In this document: positions 44,843-53,643 of the stretch, piece after piece
Position numbering within the stretch: position 1 is the first letter of the stretch
Layout: each line of letters starts with the position of its first letter
From: a virus
Lineage: Duplodnaviria; Caudoviricetes
Length of the DNA: 56,361 bases
IMG/VR virus record: IMGVR_UViG_3300025674_000049
Span: 1 to 56,361 of that record
Direction: 5' to 3' (one strand)
Position numbers and translations under genes: made by a program
The notes under the pieces: generated by a model
Seen by the model: only the letters and a program-made list of their open reading frames with translations
Told to the model about the DNA's origin: nothing
Databases searched by the model: none

Positions 44843-47537
44843 TAGGTTTCAACTTTGTATGCTGCGGATCTGCAGTGTCAGCGCGAACACCTCGAATGAG
44901 TTTAGCGACATAGTCAGCTTGCTCATCTGGGATTTCAGTAAGTTTTCCTAGGTTTTTAAGAGCCCACATATTGCCACCGCGAACGCCCCTTAATTCTTTA
45001 AACCCAAACTTTCTGTAAATAGCATTACGCTTGTTACCTAAACCATCGTATTTATATGGGTTGTTGAATAAAACTGCATTTTCAGGCATTTCGTTGAGTT
45101 GCGCTTTAAACATAGATTTAACTTGTTTTGCGACACCTAATCCCTGCGCTCTGCTCAGCCCTACTTTTTGATCAAAACTTAGATCTGTCTGAAACGCGAT
45201 ACCGAATTTGTCAAAAGAGCCTGCTTTACCACTGGGCGTAGAGACAAATGTAACAAGTGTGTCATCAATCGCACCCACACTCATGACATGTCCTGTTCGA
45301 GGATTTTTAAACGTACTAAAATTATTAACCGTATCTACTTTTGTCAGATTGAACCCTTGAGCATCAGCAGCTACAACAGCCAAACCTACTTTGGCTTTGC
45401 CTAGCAGTTTATTAGCCGGTCCTTGATATTTTTCAGGGAGCTTACTAATCGTATCTCTAACTTTTTTAGAAGACATCTTCTGAATACCGTTGTTAATATG
45501 CTTTGCTGTACTTTTGTACAAAGGTATATTCTGCCTATTTTTAAAAGTTGCTTTGCCACCTACAACAGCAGCCCCTGCAATAGCCGCAGCTCCTGCCGCA
45601 AGCGCTAACTTCTTACCACGGCTGCTGGACTTAGAAGATTTGCTTTCAGAAGCAGACGTTCCGCTTGCAGTTTTTTTACACTCATGGGCCTTCGGAATAT
45701 GCGAAGCTCCACAGGGCTTTCCCCGCAAGTCCTCTCTTACAGCTAGATACGCGTCAATCCTCGCTTGTTGAAGCTCATCCTTCCGCATACGCTTAAGCGC
45801 AGCCTCGGCAGCTTCACGCGTGGCATACCTAGGTGTCCCATCCTTGTTCTTCTGCCGCATTAAGTCAGCGATGCGCTGAGCATTCGAGCGTCGCCGCGCG
45901 GGTCTGTCTGGGCGCTCAGGTGAAGGTGTGCTTGCACGGACTCGGGATGCAGAGCCCCGCAAAGTGGTTAAACGCTCAAAGCCGTTGCTCCTCAAATAGT
46001 CAGCCGCGGGAGCTGTATTGCTGAAGCTGCGCCCTGAGAGCTCGGATGCTGCGAGCCGGATCTCTCGATCTGTGGCTGTGAACGTAGGGTTACTGACGAC
46101 CTTAGTGGAGTAATACTCCTTGGCTATCAGATCACTAAGGCCTTGACCCATCTTGTTTCCAACTGCTTCAGGCTTGTTCAAGCTCTTGGCTAAATAGCGC
46201 GACTGTCCAATACGTGCACTATTCAACAAATCGCTGTAGCCAGCTTTGCGTGCCTCAGCTGAAAGAGCAGCACCTACAGGTTGACGAACTTCATCAGCGA
46301 TTCGCCAAAAATACTGATCGAAACCAGCGCGAGTATCTCTGTAAATCGTGTCTGCGAGCTGCTTACGGCTGACTGCAGTCGAGCCTCCTCGGGGAGCATC
46401 TCCGATAATTTGGTCGAGGTTACTGACTGCACGTTCTCGTACGTCATCAGGGAAGTTAGCTGTGCTAGGCCCTACAACCCTGTTTAAAAAAGCATTGCGA
46501 GAATTCGCATCTTTAAGATTTACACCTTCTTGTCGTGCTAACGCTTGTAAGTTGCGCGCTTCACGGTTTAGCGCAGTAGCGACAGAACGTCGTACAATTG
46601 TAGCATCATCACCTTTTTTAAGTTTAAAGCCAAACTGGCGAGATAAATACTCATTTGTAGCGGGCCCGGAAAAGGTACTCCTGTCACCTGCACCCCCCGC
46701 ATTAGTACGAGTAGCTCCCCAAAAAGTTTCTAGGTTTTTCTGCCTCCATGTAGAGGCATTCATATCTAACGCTTTAGCTTCAATATCTAAGGCTTTAATC
46801 TTATTCTCTAGTACTTTTGCGTTTCCGTACTCTGTAGCACGACGTTCTAGTTGAGTAGGCGTACGAAGTACGGCACCTCGCATAGCCTCAGGGCCTCTAG
46901 CTGCTTCTCCTGTTGCTCTAGCCACTGCCTCACCAGCAGCAGCTCGGCCAGCAGCACGCCTCTCAGCCCGCCGACCTTCGATCCCAGGAGTGGTATCAAG
47001 CACACGGTTAATCCCAGCCGCTACCGCGTCATCAATCTGGCGGCCCACTCCATCTCGATAAAAGGGTGCCCTCTTCAGCTGGTTGTGGCTGAATAAACCA
47101 AAGCCAACAACTGCGAGGCCAACTGTGATGCCCCCAGCGCGGCGTTCAAGATTCGCCTGCAGTTTCTTCTTGCGCTGGATGTCACCAGGAGTGGCCTTCA
47201 CAACCCCGCGAACGATGGCACGCTTACCACCTTCGATCTCAGAAAAGCTCCCTTTACGCACACCTTTAAAGATACGCTTAACACCACGCTCAATGTTGGC
47301 CAAGCCACTAACAGGATCTGTACGAACTGCCCTCAGATGTGAATCCGGGCCTTTACCCTTCAGTCGGCAATCCCAATTAGGAGGAATGCACCGGCCACCG
47401 CACTTCACATTAGGTGGGGTGCACGTCACCCGGCGTCTAGTCTTCCCCGTGCGGCTCCGAGCAGAGTCCATCCGGGACTTGCTTTCCAGGTACGCCGCGG
47501 TGCGAAAGCCCTGGGGTGTGATGTTTGGTTGTGTCAT
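44829..47537 (-). CDS. Large basic multi-module protein (putative head cargo / ejection protein)
   Basis: 902 aa between portal and MuF; two CG-x3-I-x5-C modules, two hydrophobic helices, multiple RxD sites, C-terminal R..IY.KFGF. Confidence 0.7.
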   Translation of the reverse strand: MTQPNITPQGFRTAAYLESKSRMDSARSRTGKTRRRVTCTPPNVKCGGRCIPPNWDCRLKGKGPDSHLRAVRTDPVSGLANIERGVKRIFKGVRKGSFSEIEGGKRAIVRGVVKATPGDIQRKKKLQANLERRAGGITVGLAVVGFGLFSHNQLKRAPFYRDGVGRQIDDAVAAGINRVLDTTPGIEGRRAERRAAGRAAAGEAVARATGEAARGPEAMRGAVLRTPTQLERRATEYGNAKVLENKIKALDIEAKALDMNASTWRQKNLETFWGATRTNAGGAGDRSTFSGPATNEYLSRQFGFKLKKGDDATIVRRSVATALNREARNLQALARQEGVNLKDANSRNAFLNRVVGPSTANFPDDVRERAVSNLDQIIGDAPRGGSTAVSRKQLADTIYRDTRAGFDQYFWRIADEVRQPVGAALSAEARKAGYSDLLNSARIGQSRYLAKSLNKPEAVGNKMGQGLSDLIAKEYYSTKVVSNPTFTATDREIRLAASELSGRSFSNTAPAADYLRSNGFERLTTLRGSASRVRASTPSPERPDRPARRRSNAQRIADLMRQKNKDGTPRYATREAAEAALKRMRKDELQQARIDAYLAVREDLRGKPCGASHIPKAHECKKTASGTSASESKSSKSSSRGKKLALAAGAAAIAGAAVVGGKATFKNRQNIPLYKSTAKHINNGIQKMSSKKVRDTISKLPEKYQGPANKLLGKAKVGLAVVAADAQGFNLTKVDTVNNFSTFKNPRTGHVMSVGAIDDTLVTFVSTPSGKAGSFDKFGIAFQTDLSFDQKVGLSRAQGLGVAKQVKSMFKAQLNEMPENAVLFNNPYKYDGLGNKRNAIYRKFGFKELRGVRGGNMWALKNLGKLTEIPDEQADYVAKLIRGVRADTADPQHTKLKPNATL

Positions 47538-47540
47538 TGA

Positions 47541-49370
47541 TCAGTACCCCTCGTTGTAAGCCCGGAAAGCGTCAGCCTCGGTATCGGGCACCTGTGAAAG
47601 CCCTACTACATTCTGCCCGGGAAACAGTTTCTGCACCGCAGCCCTTGCAGCGCGGAGTGCGTTGAACCCTGTGGTGTAGGGGCCGTCCGTAATAGCACTA
47701 TCAAGGCTGAAGCGCGCTCGGTAGAGCTTCCGCGCTCGGGTGCGGTGAGGTCCAATAATCAGAATGGGAGCTGCGGAGCTGCTATCGATGCGTTGCCCAT
47801 CAGGGCCGACCATAGGGCCCGCGACGACGTCATCAACACGATGGGTGATACGGATGCGGAGTCCTTCAGCAGAATCGAAGTGCGCGTCCCCGCGGTTGGG
47901 CGGCAAGATGCCTTGCTCCCCAGCCTCGGGGGCTGTCGGCTGCTCATCCGGCTGCTCAGCCACAGCTTCAGGTGGCTGTGCTGCTTGCTGCTGGGCTTGA
48001 TAGCCGGCCATCTGCGATTGGAATTGAGCGTCCGCAGACACGGCGAGCTGCTCGGTGATCACTTCATTGAGTTTTGTATCGATGCTGAACCCCGTGCCGC
48101 CGAAGCGGGACTCACGGACCTCCAGAGCGTTGAGCACACCGTATTGCAGGTACTGAATGTCGGAAGCTGCCGTGAGCTGTTTCAGCTCGGCCTTCTCCTT
48201 ATCGGTCTGCGTAAAGACCGAGGGAAACTGGACCGACCAGGACTCGGGGACACGGCCTCGGGTTGGTCCTTCGCGCGAAGCCAGGATGTAATTGAAGACC
48301 TCTGTGATAGGCGTGCGGCAGTAAACCTCTTGCCACTGCTCCACTAGTGAAGCCCACATGCGCTCCTCAAAGCGGCCTTCCTTACCCAGACCGCCAGGGC
48401 TGTCGCCCATCAGGATGGAGGCCGGCCAACCCGTAGAAGCTTGCAGATCCTTCACGAAGGGGTCCGTAGCCGTAGCGATATTGCTCAGTGCTCGGTTGAG
48501 GAAGTTCAACTCCTCTTCGGTGTCCACCACCATGCCGCCATAGACGCTACGGCTGAGGCTGTTGGCCTCCAGACGCTTACGCAGATCGCTCTCGTTGCCG
48601 GAGGCGATACGGTTGAAAAGCCCGGGGATCTTGTGCACGAACAGATCGGCATCCGACGTCATGGCCTCGAGGCCCGACATCGCGGTCTCATAGCGTTTGA
48701 ATGACTCCCAGATCAGCTGCAGCACAGACTGACCCCATCCTGTGTTACGGGAGCGCAGGTTCCATGGCAGATACAGACCGTCGAAGCGGGCTACGCGAGA
48801 GCTGTGCACGCGAAGATTGACGTAGCCGCTGGTCTGCTCTGGCGTGATGCGCTGACTGGTGGTGATCCGGTAGTGCGAAGGACGGGAGTAGTCCGTAATG
48901 GAGAAGTCCTCGGGGATCAGTTCGTGCCGCGAAAGGGGGATGTACCCACGCACTCCGCGGATGCGCTTGACCTTGACCGGGTCTGCAGGCTGCTCTCCGT
49001 CATCAATGAGCAGGACCAGGCCGGCGCCCCCATAAAGGCGCTGCAGCTTAATGACCTCAGAAAGCGCAAAGTGAAACTGTGTTGTCTGGAGATATTGATT
49101 AAACGAGGTGAGCATGGCAGCACTGTCGCTCGCTGCGTCTCCACCTAAAGCAATTGTGGGTACATGACGCAGGATCTCATCGCCGATGGCATCGACGTAG
49201 CGACGTGGGATGCCACTGGTGTATAAAGATTCGAGTTCAGCTTCAGTAAGAAGCGCGTTAAAACGTACTTTTGTAGCAACTGTTTTGTCTTTCTTAGCTA
49301 CGCCTAAACCTGTAAGTGTGTTAATTAACGCACCATCATTCCGGTAGTCTTCTGATGTTTGCGTGGCCAT
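47541..49370 (-). CDS. Portal protein (DUF1073 type) with a C-terminal extension
   Basis: L..LY..R..VD, RLYGGA, VHSSRV..FDG, GWG.S.L, P.S.LMG.SPGGL, V.FPS; directly downstream of the terminase genes. Confidence 0.85.
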   Translation of the reverse strand: MATQTSEDYRNDGALINTLTGLGVAKKDKTVATKVRFNALLTEAELESLYTSGIPRRYVDAIGDEILRHVPTIALGGDAASDSAAMLTSFNQYLQTTQFHFALSEVIKLQRLYGGAGLVLLIDDGEQPADPVKVKRIRGVRGYIPLSRHELIPEDFSITDYSRPSHYRITTSQRITPEQTSGYVNLRVHSSRVARFDGLYLPWNLRSRNTGWGQSVLQLIWESFKRYETAMSGLEAMTSDADLFVHKIPGLFNRIASGNESDLRKRLEANSLSRSVYGGMVVDTEEELNFLNRALSNIATATDPFVKDLQASTGWPASILMGDSPGGLGKEGRFEERMWASLVEQWQEVYCRTPITEVFNYILASREGPTRGRVPESWSVQFPSVFTQTDKEKAELKQLTAASDIQYLQYGVLNALEVRESRFGGTGFSIDTKLNEVITEQLAVSADAQFQSQMAGYQAQQQAAQPPEAVAEQPDEQPTAPEAGEQGILPPNRGDAHFDSAEGLRIRITHRVDDVVAGPMVGPDGQRIDSSSAAPILIIGPHRTRARKLYRARFSLDSAITDGPYTTGFNALRAARAAVQKLFPGQNVVGLSQVPDTEADAFRAYNEGY

Positions 49371-49414
49371 GGAATGAAGGGCTCAAGGGAGCTGTGCTAA
49401 TCCTAGCGCTACTG

Positions 49415-49506
49415 TTACCAGATACAGATTGCTCTGGTAACTGACTCGATTATCTGGTAACACGCAGCTGTATCTGGTAATGTAGATTGGTATCTGGTAA
49501 CTGACT
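49415..49506. repeat. 20-bp-phased TATCTGGTAA repeat array
   Basis: (TA)TCTGGTAA ending at 49440, 49460, 49480, 49500; inverted copy TTACCAGATA at 49415-49424. Confidence 0.9.
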
Positions 49507-49561
49507 GCTGGGTTTGTACTACGGTTCAGACAGTTAAACTGAGTAAGCCACCCAAAAAGGA

Positions 49562-49891
49562 ATGGTTGACCATCAAATCGATGGGTCGAGTCTCCTAACC
49601 AAGCGGCAAGCCAAACAGCAATTTCGCGAAGGGATCCTCAGTAGCTGGGGATCCCTTTGTGCTTATTGCGGCCGCCCAGGAGACACGCTAGATCATGTGC
49701 GCCCTCGGAGTCGAGGTGGGTCTACTGACAGATGCAACCTTGTGTGCTGTTGCGCCTGCTGCAACCAAGCAAAAGGGAGCGAAAACGACTGGCGCCATTG
49801 GTTCAGGCAACAGAAATGGTGGTCCCCTTATAGAGAACACGCAATTCAGGTTTGGTTAAATACAGAGACTCAAGACTGGGCTACGGTCTGA
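49562..49891 (+). CDS. HNH endonuclease
   Basis: CAYCG..TLDHVRPRSRGG..NLV.CC..CN..KG. Confidence 0.9.
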   Translation: MVDHQIDGSSLLTKRQAKQQFREGILSSWGSLCAYCGRPGDTLDHVRPRSRGGSTDRCNLVCCCACCNQAKGSENDWRHWFRQQKWWSPYREHAIQVWLNTETQDWATV

Positions 49892-49979
49892 GCCTCCACC
49901 GATACGTACCGCTGCCGACGCTCTCGGTTATACGAATATACGCGACCATGGGACTTAAAGACGGATCCCCCGCAACATT

Positions 49980-51383
49980 CTAAATGTTGTCGAAGAAACT
50001 TGCTGTAACTGGAGTGTCTGGAATTAAAGAGCAAGCAAACGCCAGCGCCATCACAGTGTCGTCGTGCGCTCCGTTAGCAGCTTGCCGGGCACCGTTCTCC
50101 TGCTGTTGAAATGCTCGTAGCTCGTCTGCGATAATGCCCGAAGGAAAGATCAACTCATCCCGCTCGAGAATATAAAGAATTCGATCTGTGGCTACGGTTT
50201 TGGACGACCTGCTCGTGTTGAAAGTCTCAATGGCGTAATTAGGTAATATGTTCTGCAATGCCTCAGCTATAACAGCACCCATCGCTTGTTTTTCAACAAT
50301 TACACGCTGAGGCATGTAGTCCTTTATTAGCTCACTTACATGCTTCAAGCTGTAATCAGTACTCTTGCCGTTCTCTCGATACATACCAACGATCTCGTAG
50401 GGCGTGGAAGTTATGTCCATCACCATTGCTACGAAATAGTCGTTCCCGCCGGCATTGGGATCAATTCCTATGACATAACTACGGTTAATCGATCCACACT
50501 CACGCCAGTGACCCCTCGCGGCTTTATTGATCAGCTCATTGGGGTAGATCTGGGTATCAGTGGCCCCAAACTGAAGCTCGTACTCGGAGTTCCATGCCGC
50601 CATGGTCATGCGGCGAGACTCACGAGTCTTACGCGCCCAGTCGGGGTCGGCACCGTAGATCGGGTGCTGCGAGTAGTGGATGGCGACTTTGTTCCAGTTG
50701 CCTTCGTCGGTGTGCCAGAGCTGGCCAAACCAGTCTTGTTCGGTGTCGGGCGTGGAGACCACGATCACCTTGGCGGCGTCACCCACCATGGAGAGTGTGG
50801 GCATGGCGCCGCGGTAGATCTCTGCAGCGCCCTCAAGATAGGCAGCCTCGTCCATGAACAGAACGGAGCAGCTCGGGATGCCCCGGGCAGCTCGGGGTGA
50901 GGCCGGCAGGAAGTACAGCGTACCCCGGCCTTCAAACGCCAGCTGCGTAGTGCTATCAGTGAGGTAGCGAATGGTCTCGCCCCGCAGGCTGTTCGCCATC
51001 GCACGCACACGCCGGCCGAGCTCGGAGGCGTCCTGCTGCGTCTTGCTGAAGATTACCGCAGCGAAGCCTCGTTCTGTCAACGCGCGGTCAAGCAGGTAAT
51101 TGCAGACGGTCTCGGAAACACCGGTCTGGCGTGATTTGTTGACCAGCGTGTTGGGGTTGGCGTTGATCGACCGGACCAGCTCTTCCTGGTACGGGTACGG
51201 GTCAAAAGGTGCCACCGTCCCACTTGTGCGGATCCAGGTGCGACGTGCGAAGTCAGTCCAGTGTTCGACTGTGGGCAACGTGGAGGCTATACCGGACTCG
51301 TAATTGGCAGCTCGCGCTTTGCGTCGCTCCAATTCTGTCTGCAACCGTTCGACGCGCTTGCGGAGGGCAGAAACGGAAACCAT
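49980..51383 (-). CDS. terL: Terminase large subunit
   Basis: PYPYQ, KSRQTGVSE (Walker A), LFMDEAA (Walker B), VSTP, IGIDP, HDDTVMALA nuclease motifs. Confidence 0.95.
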   Translation of the reverse strand: MVSVSALRKRVERLQTELERRKARAANYESGIASTLPTVEHWTDFARRTWIRTSGTVAPFDPYPYQEELVRSINANPNTLVNKSRQTGVSETVCNYLLDRALTERGFAAVIFSKTQQDASELGRRVRAMANSLRGETIRYLTDSTTQLAFEGRGTLYFLPASPRAARGIPSCSVLFMDEAAYLEGAAEIYRGAMPTLSMVGDAAKVIVVSTPDTEQDWFGQLWHTDEGNWNKVAIHYSQHPIYGADPDWARKTRESRRMTMAAWNSEYELQFGATDTQIYPNELINKAARGHWRECGSINRSYVIGIDPNAGGNDYFVAMVMDITSTPYEIVGMYRENGKSTDYSLKHVSELIKDYMPQRVIVEKQAMGAVIAEALQNILPNYAIETFNTSRSSKTVATDRILYILERDELIFPSGIIADELRAFQQQENGARQAANGAHDDTVMALAFACSLIPDTPVTASFFDNI

Positions 51384-51835
51384 CAGATGTCAATGACGTC
51401 GTCGGTCTCGGGAGCAGGCTCGATCTCGTCGGGGTCGTTGTACGCCGTGAGGCGAAGCAGCTGGCGCTCCAGATCTTGGATCTGACGCTCGAGGATCCGA
51501 CGTTCCTGATAAGCCTGTGCTCCACTCATCAGGGTCCGGGCCGCTGCGATGCGATCGGCTGCCCGGGCGTTTTCGTCGTTAATGATGGCGTCCAGCACGT
51601 TGATGGCATCAGGAATCGTGCTGATGTTCATGCCGCCGGTCTCAGAAAGCATGTCTTGCTGAATGCGTGAGATGGCCTGCTGCACTGGGGTGCGCTGACG
51701 CCAGGTGTAGATCGATTTCTCACTGACACCGATCTTGCGAGCTGTCTCGCGGATGGTGGTGCCCCGAGCAAGGTAGTTGGCGGCGATGCGTTGCCGTTCA
51801 TTCAGACCGTCGGGGCCATAGACACGGTCTACCAC
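51383..51835 (-). CDS. terS: Terminase small subunit (HTH)
   Basis: LNERQ.IAA..LARG.TIRETA..IGVSEKSIY.W; upstream of terL; AGGAG SD. Confidence 0.75.
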   Translation of the reverse strand: MVDRVYGPDGLNERQRIAANYLARGTTIRETARKIGVSEKSIYTWRQRTPVQQAISRIQQDMLSETGGMNISTIPDAINVLDAIINDENARAADRIAAARTLMSGAQAYQERRILERQIQDLERQLLRLTAYNDPDEIEPAPETDDVIDI

Positions 51836-51907
51836 GAAGCTCCTATTGTGTTCAGACAGGTTCAGACTAACAGGTAAGAGTACGGATTATTATGAAGTAG
51901 GCAACAT

Positions 51908-52003
51908 CTAATCCAGGTAGATCTCTGCTTGATGCAGGTTGGTGGAATAGCGGCACATACCGACAGCGCAGCTTCATGCTCTGTCTGTGTCAGAAGTGTT
52001 CAT
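51908..52003 (-). pseudogene. Remnant of a small phage gene
   Basis: MNTSDTDRA*SCAVGMCRYSTNLHQAEIYLD*: in-frame TGA before a C..G.CRY..L.QAE.YL motif that resembles a cyanophage protein. Confidence 0.35.
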
Positions 52004-52138
52004 AGATTGTGCTAAGTTCTGTTTTCAACCCAATCAACAGGAGGAGTCTTGTCCTGATGCGATGGGGGAACGCATGAACTAAGCCACGCAGGCGCGAGAG
52101 CCGGTGGCATCCCCTCTTGAGGCGGCGTGATTCTTTTG

Positions 52139-52864
52139 TCATGGTGCTAGACGGGCCTTACCCCAGCGATTTTTTGTGTACCAGTCGTGCACTGGTGGGA
52201 TCCACTCTGCGAAATGAGGCATCATCAACTGACACAGCTGATGAATCTCTATCTGTGCATCAGCCTTGCCCCGCAGGTCAAGAAAGTGCATGAGGCTGCG
52301 AAGGTTAAATGTCACGACAAAGTGTTGACGGTAATCGAAAGGCAGCACTCCTCTAGCGTGTTCCTCCGAAATACCCGCATCCAAAGCTTGCTTATAGCGC
52401 CGAGCAGAATCCTCGCAGTGCTGCAGATCCTTAGCTCGTAGTCGCTCGTCGTATGTGTATCGCTTGCCTTGGCGGTTGGTGTAATTACCAACAGGTCGCA
52501 GGTAAAAGGCTTCCTCGACATCGACAATGCCCTCAGCCACAGCAGCAATGCGCTGGCCGGTGTAGCGCATTGATTGCACGTCCCAGCTTGTGCCGACCCT
52601 GTGAGTTCGAGCCTGTTGAATCACCGAGTGAGGGAAATAGCCCACGGCAAACGTGATGCTGGCGTGTTCGAGTGGGCCATAATGGCCGCGACCTCCCAGC
52701 AGTAGGTGCTTGACAATTCGATCACCAGCGTCTGGCTCGCTCAGCAGTTGGTCGTAAAACACCCAGCCCTCAGAGTAATCCTGGTGCATTGCCTGCCAGC
52801 AAAGCGTGGCTGGCTCCCTGGTTTGGCTCAAGATGCCAACCTGAAAACGTGGGTCAATTTTCAT
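52139..52864 (-). CDS. thyX: FAD-dependent thymidylate synthase
   Basis: GHYGPLEH, QARTHRVGTSWDVQSMRY (ThyX motif variant), EHARGVLP, NLRSLMHFLDLR..AQ.EI. Confidence 0.92.
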   Translation of the reverse strand: MKIDPRFQVGILSQTREPATLCWQAMHQDYSEGWVFYDQLLSEPDAGDRIVKHLLLGGRGHYGPLEHASITFAVGYFPHSVIQQARTHRVGTSWDVQSMRYTGQRIAAVAEGIVDVEEAFYLRPVGNYTNRQGKRYTYDERLRAKDLQHCEDSARRYKQALDAGISEEHARGVLPFDYRQHFVVTFNLRSLMHFLDLRGKADAQIEIHQLCQLMMPHFAEWIPPVHDWYTKNRWGKARLAP

Positions 52865-52970
52865 TGATGATCTCCTTTACGAGCATTCTCAGTTCATCCT
52901 CTTCTAACGAATCAACGGCTGACAAGAATCCAGCTGTGATTGCAGTGACGAGACGTTGAGGGCTAATCAT
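52854..52970 (-). CDS. Small hypothetical protein (38 aa)
   Basis: MISPQRLVTAITAGFLSAVDSLEEDELRMLVKEIINEN, overlapping the thyX start. Confidence 0.35.
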   Translation of the reverse strand: MISPQRLVTAITAGFLSAVDSLEEDELRMLVKEIINEN

Positions 52971-52985
52971 TGCTAAAAACGCAAA

Positions 52986-53471
52986 TTGAGCGATATAAAG
53001 ACACCGATTCCCTCTGCAGACACTACTCCTGACCCACCGTTTGAAACCTCCGAAAATCGGATGTTTGAACCTAGGCCGTTGACACCCACTGGTGAGTTGT
53101 CGGATGAAGTCAAGGCCTTAATTAAACGCGAACAGCAATCCATGGCGGAACGTGTTTCTAGTGTTCGCCATCTTCGAGACTTCAATCAAGCTGCAATAAA
53201 GCACTGGGAGTATTTGCAGCGAAAGTACAAAAGCCAAGGCCGATCTGTCATCGCACATAACATGAAACTTGCTTCCGTTTCGTTGCGGCAGGATAAAGCA
53301 TTACAGCCTTGGGCTGAATCTTTGGGTATTCCAGTGAATTCTTCTTATGAAGATTGCATTTGGGTAACAATTAAATTAGCAAGAGATTTAGACAAGTCAA
53401 TGCGGCTGTCTTTGTATTTGGCTGGCTTTATCGATGCGCCTGGTCAGATGGATCGTCTCCATGACTCTTAG
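52986..53471 (+). CDS. Hypothetical protein (inverted island)
   Basis: 161-aa ORF opposite to flanking genes; start uncertain. Confidence 0.55.
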   Translation: MSDIKTPIPSADTTPDPPFETSENRMFEPRPLTPTGELSDEVKALIKREQQSMAERVSSVRHLRDFNQAAIKHWEYLQRKYKSQGRSVIAHNMKLASVSLRQDKALQPWAESLGIPVNSSYEDCIWVTIKLARDLDKSMRLSLYLAGFIDAPGQMDRLHDS

Positions 53472-53628
53472 ACCCCGCCAGCGCCAAGCGATTGAGGACA
53501 TCCGAGCTGCGTATCGATCAGGCCGTAAGGCTCCGATTCTTTGCGCAGCCACTGGGTTTGGTAAGACCCACACCTCAGCGCAGATTATCCGTAGTGCGCT
53601 TGACCGTGCAAGCGGGTTAAAAGGCTGA
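53461..53628 (+). pseudogene. Truncated SF2 (DEAD/DEAH) helicase N-terminus
   Basis: MTLRPRQRQAI (Q motif)..AATGFGKT (Walker A), then stop after 55 aa. Confidence 0.7.
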
Positions 53629-53643
53629 ATTTGACCTCAGGCA

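Noticed and set aside
47541-49370. Anti-CBASS Acb1 activity (a label sometimes given to DUF1073 proteins)
   Set aside because: No pair of HxT/S 2H-phosphoesterase motifs seen in the C-terminal extension; the core is a portal.
49415-49506. Mini-CRISPR array
   Set aside because: 10-bp repeats with 10-bp spacers are far too short; kept as a protein-binding array instead.
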